This document shows positions 11,570 to 26,150 of a stretch of DNA of 64,000 bases, in pieces. Both the position numbers and the translations under genes were made by a program. Below the pieces are notes generated by a model. That model was not told where the DNA came from. It saw only the letters and a list, made by a program, of their open reading frames with translations, and searched no databases. Position 1 is the stretch's first letter; each line of letters begins with the position of its first letter. Origin of the DNA: Hemiscyllium ocellatum (taxonomy: Eukaryota); NCBI RefSeq assembly GCF_020745735.1, contig NC_083406.1, positions 74,625,164 through 74,689,163 on the forward strand, given 5' to 3'.

Positions 11570-12860
11570 AACTAAGAACAAGGAGCAGGAATAGGCAACT
11601 CAGCTCTTCATGTCTGCACCACCATTTGATAAAATTCTGGCTGATCTCATCTTGGCCTCAACTTTATTTTCTTGCTCACTGTCCATTACCCTTCAGCTCA
11701 TTACAAACTAAAAAGTTGTCTTTCTCCTCAACATCCAACATCTCTCTCCAACATCCACCACACTCTGGTGTCATGAATTCCACAGATTTATGACCCTTTG
11801 AGAGAAGTAATTTCTCATCATCTCTTTTTAATCTGGTCCCCATTATCCTAAAACCATGATGTCTTGTTCTAGATTGCCCACATACGGAAACATCTTTTCT
11901 ACATCTACTTTGTCCCCTTTTGCAACTGTATACCTCAATTAGATCTCCTCTCATTCTTCTAGACTCCAAAGAGCATTTGCCCTAACTGCTCTATTGCTTT
12001 TCATGATTAAAAACCCTTTATCTCTGGAATCAATCTAGTGAACCTCCTCTAAACTGCCTCCAATGCCACTACACACTCTTTGAATAGGTGAACCAAAATT
12101 GTACACCATACTTCAGGTGTGGTCTCACTTAAGCTTTGTACAGTTGCAGGAACATTTCCCTAGTTTAATACCGTATTCCTTGAGCAATAAAGGCCAAAAT
12201 TCTATTTTCCTTCCTTATCACCTGCTATACCTGGATACTGGTTTTCTGCAATTCATGTATGAGGACACCCAGATCCTTCTGCACCGTAGCACTCTGAACT
12301 TTCTCTCCATTTAGATAGTAAGTTACCTTTCTATTCCTCAAACCTCACACTTATCCACATTAAACTTCAGCTGCCAAATTTTGGCCCATTGACTTAACCT
12401 ACCTAGATCCATTTAAAAATTTCTAGTTCTTCATTGCAACTAACTTTCCCACCTATTTTAGTGTTATTGCAAATCTAGGTATACTTTCTGCATTTTTAAA
12501 CTCTTTTAAACTTTCTATCTCCACATCCAAGTCTTTAACATAGATTGTAAATTGTTGGGGCCCAAGAACTGAACCATATGGCATCACAATAGTTACATCT
12601 TGTCAATGAGCAAAAGACCCATTTATCCTGACTCTGTTTTCTGTTGGTTGGCCAATTCTCAATCCAAGCTAATAAGTTACCCTTAACTGCATGTGACCTT
12701 ACTTTGTATTTACCTTTGGTGTGGCACTTTATCAAATGCCTTCTGGAAGTCCAGATACACTACATCTGCAGGTATCCACTTTGTTACATCTTCAAAAATC
12801 TCTGGCAAATTAGTCAAGCCTGATTTACCATTCTTAAAACTGTGCTGACTCTGATGGAAT
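11570..12860 (-). mobile_element. CR1-group LINE fragment (RT to 3' end)
   Basis: Remnants KVRSHAVKGNLLAWIENW and [11 protein letters not shown]; 3' tail reads aagaacaaggagcaggaatagg on +. Confidence 0.85.
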
Positions 12861-13577
12861 CAAGAATCGGAGCTTGTAGCAGAGGAAGGAAGAAAATATG
12901 ATAAATAAAATTACAGAACAGTTCAAAGGTGATTGTTACAAATAAGTTTTATTGGTAATATTATGTGTGTTTCCAAATCAATCTCCCACATGTGATTTCA
13001 GCTTTTAATGTAAATTTAACATTAGGTTGGGATATTGACAAATACCTGTCCTGTATCTATTTTAATTGTTATGAATATGTAGACTATGTAAACTTTTAAT
13101 TACTCATGGGTTGAGAGTATCACTGACGAAGCCAACAAATATTGCCTATCTCAAATTTCCCTTAAAAAATTAGTGGTGAGCTGCCTTCTGAAACCCATGC
13201 TGTCTCTCTGTTGTCATTGCTGTTAGGAATAATGTTACAGAATATTGACCCAGTGACAGCAAAGGAATGGCTGTCTAGTTGTAAGTTAAGATGCTACATG
13301 CTTGATCTTCTTGGTGGTAGAGATTGTGGGTAGGCACAGTGTGCTGATGGTGGAGGGAATAAGTGTTTAAGATGATGGAAGGAATGCAGAAAACAAGTTC
13401 CTTTGTCCTGGATAATGTTCAACTTCTTGACTGTTGGCGCTGCATTTATACAGCAGTTGGAAAGTGCTCCATCAACCTCCTGAATTGTTTCTTGAAGATA
13501 GTGGACAGAAAGAAGTTTAGTTAGTGTAGAATACAAACTTGTGAATCAGGAGCACTACTAGGCATTCAGCCCCTCAA

Positions 13578-13748
13578 CATGGAGATAGTGATGACTGCAG
13601 GAAAAGCACAGCAGGTCAAGTAGCATCAGAGGAGCAGGGGAGTTGACAGCCCAGTCCTGATAAATGGTTCCGACCTGAAACACCGACTCCCCTGCTCCTC
13701 TGATGCTGCTCGACCTGCTGTGAATTTTTCCAGCTCCACATTTTATCG
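13578..13748. mobile_element. Palindromic PLE-derived element with 14-bp TSD, inserted in a CR1 3' tail (host ~13540-14330, -)
   Basis: Direct repeat attcagcccctcaa at 13564-13577 and 13749-13762; inverted arms agcatcagaggagcaggggagt / actcccctgctcctctgatgct. Confidence 0.8.
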
Positions 13749-14986
13749 ATTCAGCCCCTCAAGCCCACTCCATCATTCAATGAAATGACCAGTGATCTGA
13801 TTGTGGCCTCAACTCCAATATTTCCACTTACTTCTAATAACGTTTGACTTCCCTCTTGTTCAATAATTTATCTACCACTGTCTGAAAGGTACACATCTGT
13901 TTCCACTGCTCTCTGGGGAAGAGAGTTCCAAAGATTCATGATCTTTGAAGAGAAAAAAAACTCCTCATCTCCATTTTAAATGGAAGTTCCCTTATTTTTA
14001 AGCTGTAGTTTCTCCCACAAGGGGAAACATTTCTTTCAGTATTCAATTTGCCAAATCCTTTCAATATCTTATGTCCCAATAAAATCATATTTTATTTTTC
14101 TAAACTCCAATGAATCCAGACCCAGCCTGTCCAAGCATTCTTTATAAGATAATTGCTGCCAAAACCAAGCCGATGTATCAGTCCAGTGAACCTTCTCTGA
14201 ACTGCCATGAACATACTGATCTCATTTGATAAATAAGATGACTTAAATTGTGCACAGCACTCTAAATGGGCCTCATCAGTGTTCTATACAACTGCAGTAG
14301 AACACCCCAATTTTAAGTTACATTCCCTTCCAATTTATTCCCAGCTTTTAATCTGTTTTTGTAAGCCATGATTATTTGATGTTGAAGGTGACCTTTTACC
14401 GCATTAATCAATTATGTTTAACAGTTTTTCACAGAATTCTTACAATTGTTGCAGTATAGGCAGAAGTAGCCTATAAAAATAAACAAACTCAAACTTTGTG
14501 TACTTATTAAAGTAAATAGTTTTATTATTATTTTTCTGCTAATGTTTTCATCAGAGTGTTAACCGATTTAATGAAATTCCCAAAACATACCTGTAGTTTG
14601 ATTAATCATTGTTGTTAGTTTCTTAACAAGCTTGACATAATGTATTTTCTGTCTGATTAACATGCTGACCAGCTGTTTCACAACACAATCTGGGTCTGAG
14701 ATTAAAGTTTCCATAGTTATTCCATTTGCTGCCAATACTTAACAGAAAACAAGCCAAATCTTCTCCCCTAGAAAGCTTATTTCGAAGTATGTACCTATCT
14801 TCCTCAGTAGATTTGAATAAGGCTTTTAAATAAGAACTTAGAAACCCTATTATTTTCAAGAGATTAAAATAATAATTTACATGATCTACAGTAAAATATT
14901 ATTTCCTTATTTCAAGAAAGAATACAAATAAACATACTTCAACACCACATGGTTTCTTCCTGATTTCTTTCTCTGAGAGTGTTTTA

Positions 14987-16000
14987 GAATCATACTGCAT
15001 GGAAACAGACCCTTCAGTCCAGCCAATCCGTGCTGAACATAATCCCAAACTAAACTAGTCCCACCTGCTTGCTCCAGGTCGATGACCTTCCAAACCTTTC
15101 TTATTCATGTATCCATCCAAATGTCTTTTAAACACTGTAATTGTACCCACCTCCACCACTTCCTCAGGAAGTTCATTCCACAGCCAACCACCCTCTGTTT
15201 TAAATAATTGCCTCTTATATCTTTTTTTAAAATGTCTCTCCTCTCACCTTAAAAATATGCCCCCTAGTTTTGAAATCCCCTTTCCTGGAAAAAGGACAAC
15301 TACCATTAACTCTATTGATCCCACTCATTATTTTATAAACTTCTTTCAGATCGCCTCTCAACCTCCTATGATCAAATGAAAAAAGTCCCAGTCTATCCAG
15401 TCTTTCTTTGTAACGCAAACCTTCCACATGTGGGAACATCTTAATAAATCTCTTCTGAGCCCTCTCCAGCAATAATATCCTTCCTATAACTGGGTGTCAC
15501 AGTATTCCAGAAGTGGTCTCACCAATAACCTATACAATCTCAACATGACTTCCCAACTCCTATACTCAAAGGACTGAGCAATGAAAGCAAGCAAGCCAAA
15601 CCCTTTTGTACCACGCTGTCTATGCGTGACACAAACTTCACCCCTAGGACCCTCTGTTCAACAACACTACCCAAAGTCCTATCATTAATTGTATAAGCCC
15701 TAACTTTGTTTGCTGTACTAAAAGGCAATACCTTTTGAACTCCATCTGCCATTTTCAGCTGATTGATCTATTTGATCAAGGTCCCTTTGTAATCTTAGAA
15801 AATCTTCTTCACTGTCTACAGTGCCAACAATTTTGGTCCACAAACTTACTAACTATACCTTCTATATTCTCACTCAAATCATTTCCATAAATGACAAACA
15901 AACGAGGACCCAGAACCGATCCCTGTGGAACAGGGTTGGTCACAGGCCTCCAGTCCGAAAAGCAACCCTCCACCGTTTCTTTCTGTCTCTTGCCATTAAG
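14987..16000 (-). mobile_element. CR1-group LINE 3' fragment
   Basis: LERAQKRFIKMFP...RRLRGDLKEVYKIM; CR1 3' tail. Confidence 0.85.
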
Positions 16001-16288
16001 CTGGTTTCATGCCGAAAAATGGACATAAACTGTAATAGAAATGAAGTGATTTAATGCAATTAAAATGAGGCTGTGCTCAGTTTCTCAAAACTCATCTTTC
16101 ATGTGAATCTCCAGCAGGAGAATTAGGAATGAAAGTGTATCCAATTAGCACCAGCAACCTTTAGGTACTTCACCAAGTGACCATTCTAATGAGAGTATCA
16201 GTTGTGAAACTGCTCTAAAGCATGCATTCAGGAACAAGATTGATTTTCTGAATGCACTTGTCTGCCAACACTATCCTTGTACAATCAA

Positions 16289-17911
16289 GTAACATGGTTT
16301 TGTGTAGGGGAGATCGTTCCCTACCAACCTGATAGAGTTCTTCGAGGAAGTGACCAGGTTGTTAGATGAAGGAAGGTCTGTTGACATCATATATGTGGAC
16401 TTTAGTAAGGCATTTGATAAGGTTCCCCGTGGTAGACTAATGGAGAAAGTGAAGTCACATGGTGTGCAGGGTGTTCTAGCTGGGTAGATAAAGAACTGGT
16501 TGAGCAACAGGAGACAGAGAGTAGTAGTTGAAGGGGGTTTCTCGAAATGGAGAAAGGTGACCAGTGATGTTCCACAGGGGTCAGTATTGGGGCCACTGTT
16601 GTTTGTAATATACATAAATTATCTAGAAGAGGACACTGTTGGTATGATCAGCAAGTTTTCAGATGAGACAAAGATTGGTGGAGTGGCAGAAAACACAAGG
16701 GACTGTCAGAGAATACAGGAAGATATACATAGACTGGACAGTTGGGCGGAAAAGTGGCAGATGGCTTTCAATCCAGACAAATGTGAGGTGATGCATTTAG
16801 GCAAGACTAATTCGAGAGTGAATTATACAATGAATGGAAAGCCTTGGGAAAAGTTGATGGGCAGAGAAATCTGGGAGTGCAGGTCCATTGTACCCTGAAG
16901 GTTGTTGTACAGGTGGAGAGAGTGGTCAAGAAGGCAGATAGTATGCTTGCCTTCATCAGACGGGGTATTGAATGTAAGAGCTGGCAAGTCATGTTAAAAT
17001 TGTACAAGACACTGGTTTGGCAGCATTTAGAATACTGTGTATAGTTCTGGGTGCCGCATTACCAAAAGGATGTGGACACTTTGGAAAGGGTGCAGAGAAG
17101 GTTTATGAGGATGTTACCTGGCATAGAAGGTGCTAGCTCTGGAGACAGGTTGAGTAGGTTAGGTTTATTTTCACTAGAAAAAAGGAGATTGAGGAGGACC
17201 TGATTGAGGTTTGCAAAATCATAAAGTGTATAGACAGGGCAGATAGAGACAAGCTTTTTCCCAGGGTGAAGGATTCAATAACGAGAGGTCATGCTTTCAA
17301 AGTGAGAGGTGAAAAGTTTAAGGGGATACACACGACAAGTACTTCACACAGAGGGTGGTGGGCGTTTGGTACGCATTGCTAGCAGAGGTGGAAGAGGCAG
17401 GCACAGTATAGAGTCATAGAGATGTACAGCATGGAAACAGACCCTTCGGTCCAACCCATCCATGTCAACCAGATATCCCAACCCAATCTAATCCCACCTG
17501 CCAGCACCTGGCCCATATCCCTCCACACCCTTCCTACTCATATACCCATCCAAATGCCTCTTAAATGTTGCAATTGTACCAGCCTCCACCACATCCTCTG
17601 GCAGCTCATTCAATACACGTACCATCCTCTGTGTGAAAACGTTGCCCCTTAGGTCTCTTTTATATCTTTCCCCTCTCACCTAAATCTATGCCCTCTAGTT
17701 CTGGACTTCCTGACCCCAGGGAAAAGACTTTGTTTATTTATTCTATCCATAGATTCATTTAAGATGCATTTGGACAAATGCATGAGTAGGTGGGGAGCAG
17801 AGGGATACAGATGCTGAGGAATTGACCGACAGGTTTAGACAGTACGTTTGGATCGGCTCAGGCTTGGAGGGCCGAAGGGCCGTTCCTGGGCTGTAAATTT
17901 TCTTTGTTCTA
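16289..17911 (+). mobile_element. CR1-group LINE RT/3' fragment containing a nested antisense CR1 3' end (~17408-17752)
   Basis: [17 protein letters not shown]...KFSDETKIGG RT motifs; the nested minus-strand piece encodes DLRGNVFTQRMVRVLNELPE. Confidence 0.9.
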
Positions 17912-18009
17912 ACTCATGAAATTGTTTGAAAGTAGAACTTTTTCTGATATATATAACTCAACATTATTTTATACATTTATTATACTAGGTATCAGGGAAA
18001 TTCTGAAAC

Positions 18010-18425
18010 ATTAGAACATAAAACAGTACAGCACAACACACCCCTCAGTTTACTGCCTTCCATGTGCTTGTCCAGCAGTTGTTTAAATATCCCTAATGTC
18101 TCTGACTCTACTAGCACTGTTGACAGTGAATTCCACACACCCACCACTCTCTGCGAAAAGAACCTGCCTCTGACATCTCCCCTATACCTTCCTCCAATTA
18201 CTTTAAATATATGAACCCTCATGACAGTCATTTCTGCCCTGGGGAAAAGTCTCTGGCTATCTTCTCTATCTATGCCTCTCATTATCTTGTACACCTCTAT
18301 CAAGTCACTTCTCTTCCTTCTTCTCCCCAGTGTGAAAAGCCCGAGCTTACTCAACCTCTCTTCATAAGACAAGCCCTCCAATTCAGGAAGCATCCTGGTA
18401 AATCTCCTCTGCACCCTCTCTAAAG
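18010..18425 (-). mobile_element. CR1-group LINE 3' fragment
   Basis: MQRRFTRMLPELEGLSYEERL...FFSQRVVGVWNSL. Confidence 0.9.
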
Positions 18426-19479
18426 CATTGCAGTTTAATATTCATTCAAATATGTTTTCCTGTTTGTCTTGAAATTCTACACTATTATACAAATTAGAAA
18501 GCAAAACAGCACATTCAGCTAGATGTAAGCAGACAGCTTGCAAATAAAGTATAATAGTGCTCAGGCGGCAAGAGACAATTGCCAACTGTATGTATCAGCA
18601 CTGCATGTATGAAGATTCAAATAATGATTGAATATTGAATGAGTAGTTTGGGATTTTATTTCAAATTCACACCTACCTCATGACAATTGGGTTGAATAGT
18701 TCATGTGGAAGACAGCTGGGATTTTAGTCAAACATGTGTGAGTTTGAATACTGCGCTCCCATTTATAGTTTTTGGGAACTGGATTTAGGAGCTAGGTCTT
18801 GTTCCATATTGCCATAGTCTTTGCTCAAAGCATGAAAATTGACATTGGAGCAGGGCAGGTCCTTAAGAAATAAATATCATTGGAAAGGTAAATACACATT
18901 TTATTATGATACAATAGTTTTATGAAGGTGTGTTATTTGAAATGTTAATTTATAATATAGGCTGGATGCATATATTGCACCTTTTGAAACAACTTTTCAA
19001 GCAAAGGACACTGGGTACAGCAGCAAAAATGTTGTATTGCACAGAAAGGAAGGTGCTTACCTGGAGTCAGAGTCAAAAACAATTGCAGAGAGGGGTCTGA
19101 TATTTCAGTTTGTAAGAAGAAAATATATTTGTTTTAAATACAGACAGTAAGAGATAAATTGACACACACACACACACACACACAGATTCGACACCACAGT
19201 CTCCAGGTGTTAAAAAAAGAACCAGGCATAACTGATCCAGGAAAGTACTCCAGCGCAAATGGATTGTGTAGAAAATGACTTTGTCCACAGACTAGAGATT
19301 CAGACAATTTTTTTTGTTCTATCCCTGAATTTAGCTTTTACTTGGCTAAGGTGCTTTGAAATAACACACTGCAAAGTTATTTTTTAAGCTTGTCAGAAAT
19401 GTGCACATGCATGCTTTCTTTCTTACTTTTCAACAAAGGTAATTGAATATATTTACATATTAATCCCATTGTTAATCAT

Positions 19480-20800
19480 TTCTTTTTATTCTGTCATGGG
19501 ACATGGCTGGTTAGCATTTGTTAACAGTCCCTATTTAGCCTTGAGAAAGTGGTGATGAGCTACCTCTTGAACCACAGCAGTCCACATGTTGTAGGTAGAC
19601 TCACAAAGCCATCAAAGAGGGAAATCTGGGATTTTGATCCAGTGATGCTGAAGGAACAGCAATATATTTCCAAGACAGGATAGTCAGTACCTTGGAAAGA
19701 ACTTCCACATGGTCATGTTCCATGTATCTGTTGCCCTTGCTCCCTAGATGGAAGTGATCCTGGGTTTGGAAGAAGCTATCTGAGGATCTTTGGTGAAATT
19801 CTGCAGTGCATCTTGCAGATAGTACACACTGCTGCTAATGGGAATTCATGGTGGAGGAAGTGGATGCCTATGGATGCCTAAAGTGTGCTGCTTTGTCCTG
19901 GATGGTGTCAAGCTTCTTGTGTGTTGTTGGAGCTACACCCATCCAGGCAAGTGGACAGTATTCCATCACAGTCCTGACTTGTAGCTTGTAGATGATAGAC
20001 AGGCTTTGGGGAATCAGGAGATAAGTTACTTGTTGCAGTATTCCTCACCTCTGACCTGCTGTTGTAGACACTGAGTTTATGTGGTGACTCCAGTTGAGTT
20101 TCAGGTCAATGGAGACCCCCGGGATGTTGATTGTTTTGGATTCAGTGATGGTAACGTGATTGAATATCAAGGGATGGGTGGTTAGATTGTCTCTAATTGG
20201 AAATGGTCATTGCCTGGCATTTGTGTGACGCAAATGTTACTTACACTTGTCAGCCCAATTCCAGATATTGTCCAAATCTCAATGCATTTGAAGTATCTGA
20301 GGAGTCATGAATAATGCTGAATATTGTGCAATCATCAGCCAACATGCTCACATCTGACCTTATAATGGAGGGAAGGTTATTGATGGTTACACCTTGGACA
20401 CTACCCTGATAGACTCCTGCAGAAATGTTCTGCAGCTGAGATGACTGACCTCCAACAAGCAAACCACCTTCCTATGTACCAGGCATGACACCAACTACAG
20501 ATGAGTTTATACCCTGATGCTCATTGATTCCAGTTTTGCTAAGGGTCCTTGATGTGCACACTTGCTCGAATGTGGCCTTGATGCCAAGGACTGTCACTTG
20601 CATCTCACCTCTGCAATTCAACTCTTTTGTCCATGTTTGAACGAAGGCTGTCATGAGGTCAAGAGCTGATTGTTCACAGCAGAATCCAAACTGGACTTCG
20701 TTGTGCAGGTATTGCTGAGCAAGTGCTGGTAATAGCAATGTTGATGACACCTTCCATCGCTTTTCTGACAATTGAGAGTAGACTGATGGGGTCTGCAATC
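19480..20800 (-). mobile_element. Old CR1/L2-group LINE fragment, second family
   Basis: QFGF...SALDLMTAFVQTWTKEL; ISAGVYQGSV...MLADDCTIF RT motifs. Confidence 0.8.
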
Positions 20801-23169
20801 ATTGCAACTTTGCTTCAATAAGTTTTTTTTTGCAATAAACTAGTTCTTTACCTATTAATTTAAGAAACCTGGCAGAATTGTTTTTGATAGTTGACAATAC
20901 CACCTTCCTTTTTACTTTATTGTGACCAGCAGAGAAGTGGGAAAGGAAACAAATCAGTCTCTCAACTGGATTATATCAATGTCCATAAACGACCTCAATC
21001 ACATGGTTTAGAAAATAGACAGTTATTTTGTTTTTCAAATATTGAAAGAAATATAAGTACCTGAAGCTTTCCAAAGCAAGTTTTGGCTATACTGTTATTC
21101 CACAACTGAATTTATTGGTTAGTTTTCCAATTTTTGTCAAAAACAAAACAAAACAAAATTATTTAATAAGTGTTTAAAAGTTCACCAGTCAGTAAACTTG
21201 CAAAACTATCTTTTTGATGAAATGTAATGGTGAAACCAAGGCATTTTGGGTTGGGATGTCAATATCAGGGTTAAATGCAGCCACGAGTGTTCTACTATCT
21301 TGGGAGCATTCACACAACTTTGATATTGGTGGATTTACCAATTAGTGGTCAGAGGAGAAAAGACATGCACTATAAACTGGGAGGGACACTGGGAGATTCC
21401 AGCATTAAAGGAGCTCCAGTTTACAGGCACAGGGAATCAAAGAAGAACATGATTCCATTTTGAGGCATAGTCTCAAATGAGACAATCAAAACCACATTTG
21501 TGAAAGGGAAACTCCTCTATTGGCTGTAGCCTGTGGCTACAGCTGTGACAAAGTATACAAGCAATGCCCAAGTGACCCCCTGGAGCACAATCCACTCCAC
21601 TGCCCTGATGTGCCTTAGAGAAGTAATCTCTAGACAGCTGCCATACCAGGAATGAAAGCAGGAGGCACATACAGATCCAATCAGTCTCTGACCATGGCTT
21701 TGTTGGTCAGTCAATTACTTGGTAATCTGTCCACCCCTGAGAATTAATAACCATTCCGCACCCAATCCAGCCTTTTCCAAACAGCTCAGACTGGGATAAT
21801 GCGCTCAGTGGCATAAAAATTACACACTCACCCAACACTCACCTCACATTGCACTTTGAAAATCCTGCCCCAGATATTGCAAGTTTCAAACACAATTATT
21901 CATAGAATAGCCCAACCGAGAAAGGTGAGTTATTCCATTTGTGTTCTCTCACTGAAAAGATTTGACAGTCATTTTGTTTCATAAACAAGTTGTTCCTTAA
22001 TAAATTTTACCAATTTTTCTGGAAACCTATTCTATTTGTTGACCACCTTTTTCTGTAAGCTTTCTAGGCTTTTCAGTTTCTTCATTTCCATTTCCCTTGG
22101 AACTCAACTTTGAAACTGGGACAATTCTTTTGGTTCTTGTCTGCATTTCCACCTGTAATTATCTAAGCCTCTATCCTACACTAACCAGAATGGGATGCAG
22201 TACTCATGCTGAGATCTCTTAGGTAAATGCAGTTTCATTATATCTTACTTTGATTTGATATCTGCTGTTCTGGCCAATAACTTTGCATTCTGTTAGTTTT
22301 ATTGCTTGTTGGTGTGCATTGCTTGAACGTGTTGAAGATTGAGTTACTAATACTTTGAAGTAACCTGAACGTCATCATAGCTAGCTCAAGATCATTCATG
22401 GGGCTTATGGCCAATGTTTTCCCAATTCATAAGCAACTGAGCAATGGCAACAAATTTGAGAAAAAAATGCTGAGAGTGAAAGAAGTTTGTTCTTGACGTT
22501 GAAAAAGAAGACTTCAGATTTTGCCCTTCAGGCTTCAAAAGCTGGATGAGATGTTAAGTGGCAAGGGCTTCTTTCTGCGCATTTGTATTTCATCATTAGG
22601 TAATCTCAGCTCACACACATTCAGTTTCTGATTCTTCCTGGCACTGATGAGGAACTAGATGGTGCCTATTCCAAACTTTAAAATGAGAGTGTTTACCTGC
22701 AGAAGCAGCTCACCAGTTGCTTCTCTGGACATCCATGTCTATTTATCAACATCTCATGGAACATTCCATGGGCAATGACTGCTTACAACTTTCTCCCACC
22801 AAAGTTGGTATTGGCAAACTGCCGGTTTCACCAAGTCATCAAGGCTGATCTCAGACCCACTCGGAATCCACATCATGATGTTTTGCACACAGACACATGC
22901 TGCCATCTCATTATTTTTCATAAGATTCATCATATCGTTTGTATCTTCATTTTTTAGTGCTAATTCAGTTTGTGCTCACTTGGAGGCCACCAGCTTTCGT
23001 GGATTGCTTAGCATTTTAGTCAGAGAGAAGGGTGGCTTAGTTGGAGGCTGAGGTGGATGAGAACCATTGAGTGGAGAAGCTGCATGAATAGCAAGAGCCC
23101 CCTGGGGGAAGCTGTGTGCAGTGCCAGAGTTAAAGTGAGAGTGAAACAGTAGAGAAAATGATGGCACTT

Positions 23170-23375
23170 ACCTTTGCAGAGCATGAACGATCATCATCCT
23201 TCTTGAGGGGGTACTGTGCATTCCATGAAACTGTACAGATCTGGGCTGCTACCTCAGTCCATGCTGGCTGGGTCTGGTGCCATGGTCTTTCCACAGGAAA
23301 GTGCATGGCTTTCCTCTCTGTTACTCATTCATCAGCATTTCCAGGTCCCTCTCTGCAAAGCAGAGTGTCAGCTCC
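23170..23375 (-). pseudogene. Decayed Myb/SANT-like (MSANTD/NAIF1-like) exon, probably from a Harbinger transposon
   Basis: Translation with one frameshift: LCFAERDLEMLMN/VTERKAMHFPVERPWHQTQPAWTEVAAQICTVSWNAQYPLKKDDDRSCSAK, ending at donor AAG|GTAAGT. Confidence 0.6.
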
Positions 23376-23726
23376 AGTGAAAAATGTTGCAGCTACAGAC
23401 AATGAAGATCAGTTCCTAACTTGCAGCATTTGAAATGGTGCACAGCTGGGATTTGAGTATGGTAGCCACAGTACATGGGGCACAGGATCCTAGCAATGCC
23501 AAGTGTTTCCACCTCTGCTGATCACATGACTGAATGAGACTGCCACCATGGAGCTCAACTGCATAATTCATGAGATGAGTCGCAGAAATTGCTTATGAAA
23601 AATTGTTATGGACTATGAAGAGGAACCCCCCCGCCCCCCCCAACATGTAACTTGGCAAAAATAGTGGGGCAATTTAGCTGTATTTAGTCTCTGATTAGTT
23701 TCTCTTCCTATACATAATACTTTACA

Positions 23727-23940
23727 GGGTTCAGTTAGCTCAGTGGGCTGGATAGCTGGTTTGCAATGCAAAATGATATCAACAACAGGAGGGGTTCAAT
23801 TGCTGCATGCGCTGAGGTTAGCCATGAAGGTGCCACCTATTTAATCTTTCCCTTTGCCTGAGGTGTGGCAACCCTCAGGTAAGACCACCACTGGTTATCT
23901 CTAATGAAAGAATAGCCTTCTGGGACTATGTGGACTTTAC
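23727..23940 (+). mobile_element. tRNA-derived SINE of a second family
   Basis: gggttcagttagctcagtggg A box, ggttcaatt B box; related antisense copy at ~51738-51968. Confidence 0.7.
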
Positions 23941-24764
23941 ATCTGTCTGCATTGGTTAACCTACATTTACTATGATCCTTCATATTGTGCCTTACACAGT
24001 CCTCGTAGAGCTATATTTATTGATAATTTACATGACACATTGAAGCTGTATCAACTTGCTTTTCTCAAAACTCTGTGTTTCCTGTCCTCCACAACATTGC
24101 TCACCTACGGAGGTGGAGGGAGTGACAGTATGAGCCAGACAATTTCACAGCATGTTACAACAAGGACTACAATTGTTTTCAATATCAACACAGTCATCAG
24201 CAGCCCAGAGAGAAGTGTTTGAGGAAGGAGGAATTAAAATCTATTGGGCCTGCTATCAGAAGAGAATACATTGATTTTTGTGGCAACATTCAAGTTCACA
24301 ATCAGCAGCCTGCAGCATCTATCAGAAATTGCCACTAATACCTTAAAGAATACTGGAGTTCTGTTTGAGGGATTCTATTTTTCAAAAGCAAAGTGCCCTG
24401 GAGTGAGTGACATCATCAGCGCTATTTTCATGGAAGCCCCAAAACAGTAACAGGACAAACCTGATACAAAATGATCTCACAAGGGCATTGATCATCCAGC
24501 TGGCATCTATTCCAATTGATCATTTGGAAAGAATATTCTTGGTGGCATTCACACAGATTCAATACACATGACAAACAGTTTCATGCAGATTTTGGATCGT
24601 CCAGCTGAAAGGTCCAACTTTGTTTGGGCCTGGGATGTATCACATGATATTATGAACTTTCCAGGACTTTATACTAGTTCCTTCTTTGGTTCTCAAAAAG
24701 GACTGAGTTGCTAAAAATCAATCCCTTTAGAAGCTTGGCTAGATTGGGGCCTGGCTAGATTCCT

Positions 24765-26150
24765 GCTACCCACAATAGCCTGAAATATCATATCTACCTC
24801 TGCCTTAAAAATATTCAATGACCTCACGACACCACTCTCTGGGAAAGCAAATTCCATAGACTTTACTCAACTCCAATCTAAATGGGAGACCCTTTATTTT
24901 TTGAACTGATTCCAGCTTGTTCAACAAGAGGAAACATCCATTCTGTCAAATCCCGCAGGATCTAAAATGTCTCAATAAGATCGCTTTCTTCTCAACTCCA
25001 GTGGCTACAAGCCCTAGCTGTCTAACCTTTCCTCAAAAGGTAACCATCTCATCTCAGGATTCAGTAAAGTGAACATTCTCTGCATCGCTTCTTATGCAAT
25101 TATGTGCTTACTTAAATAAGGTGACCAAAACGGGACTTGGTACTTGAGAATATAGTTTCACCATGCCCTATTCAACTGTGGTAGAACTTCCCTACTTATA
25201 TGTTCCATTCTGCTTGCAATAAATAACATTTCATTTGTATCCCTACTCACTTGCTGTACCTGCATGCTAATGTTTTATGGTTCGTATACCAGAACACCCA
25301 GGTCACTCTATACCTCAGAGCTTTGCAATCATTCTATTTAAATAATATGCTCCTTTTCTAATTTACTTGCCCTAGGGGCCAAGTTCACATTTTCCCACAT
25401 TATACTTCATCTGTTAACCTTTTATCTCTCAAACTACCATCTTTCAGATTCCTCATGTTCTCTTCATAACTAACCCAGACCTTTATACCCTTCTTTGTGC
25501 CATCAACAAATTTGTAAACCATACATTTGGTCCTTCATCTAAATCACTGTTACAGATTGTAAATAGTTGAAGCCCCTATTTGATCACACATATGTCACTC
25601 CACTCCACCTCTAGCCAACCCAAAATTGATCCATACATGTCTACTATGTTTACTATCAGCTAATCAATCTCTATTAACCCTAATATATTAACATCTACAT
25701 TATTAGTTCTTAATTTGTTTAGCAACCTTTAATATAGCACCTTTGTCAAATATCTTCCAGAAATTCAAATACAGCACATCATACGGTCCTCCTTTACCGT
25801 GTTGCTTGTCACTATCTCAAAAAATTCTATTAAATTTGTCAGGCATGACTTTCCTTTCATAAAATCATATTGACTCTGCTTGAATGTATTGACTTTACCA
25901 AAGCACTCTGCCTTAATCTCTTCAATAATAGATTCAGCATCTTCTCTCTGACAGATTTTAAGTTAACTGATCTGTAATTTCCTGCTTTCTAACTCACTTC
26001 TTGCTTGTATAGAAGGAGTGACATTTGCTATTTTACATTCTCATGATACCTTTCCGATTAGAATGTTAACATTGAACTATTATCTCAGCAGCCAATTCCT
26101 TTTTGATATGTTAGAGCAAAGTCTGATTAGAAATTGGAGACTTGCCAGCT
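24765..26150 (-). mobile_element. Highly decayed CR1-group LINE
   Basis: Antisense RT remnants (tttgtcaggcatgactttcc = GKSCLTN); similar to 11570-12860. Confidence 0.7.

Noticed and set aside
24000-24700. Coding-like unique sequence with short ORFs
   Set aside because: Stops in all frames examined and no recognisable homology or splice pattern
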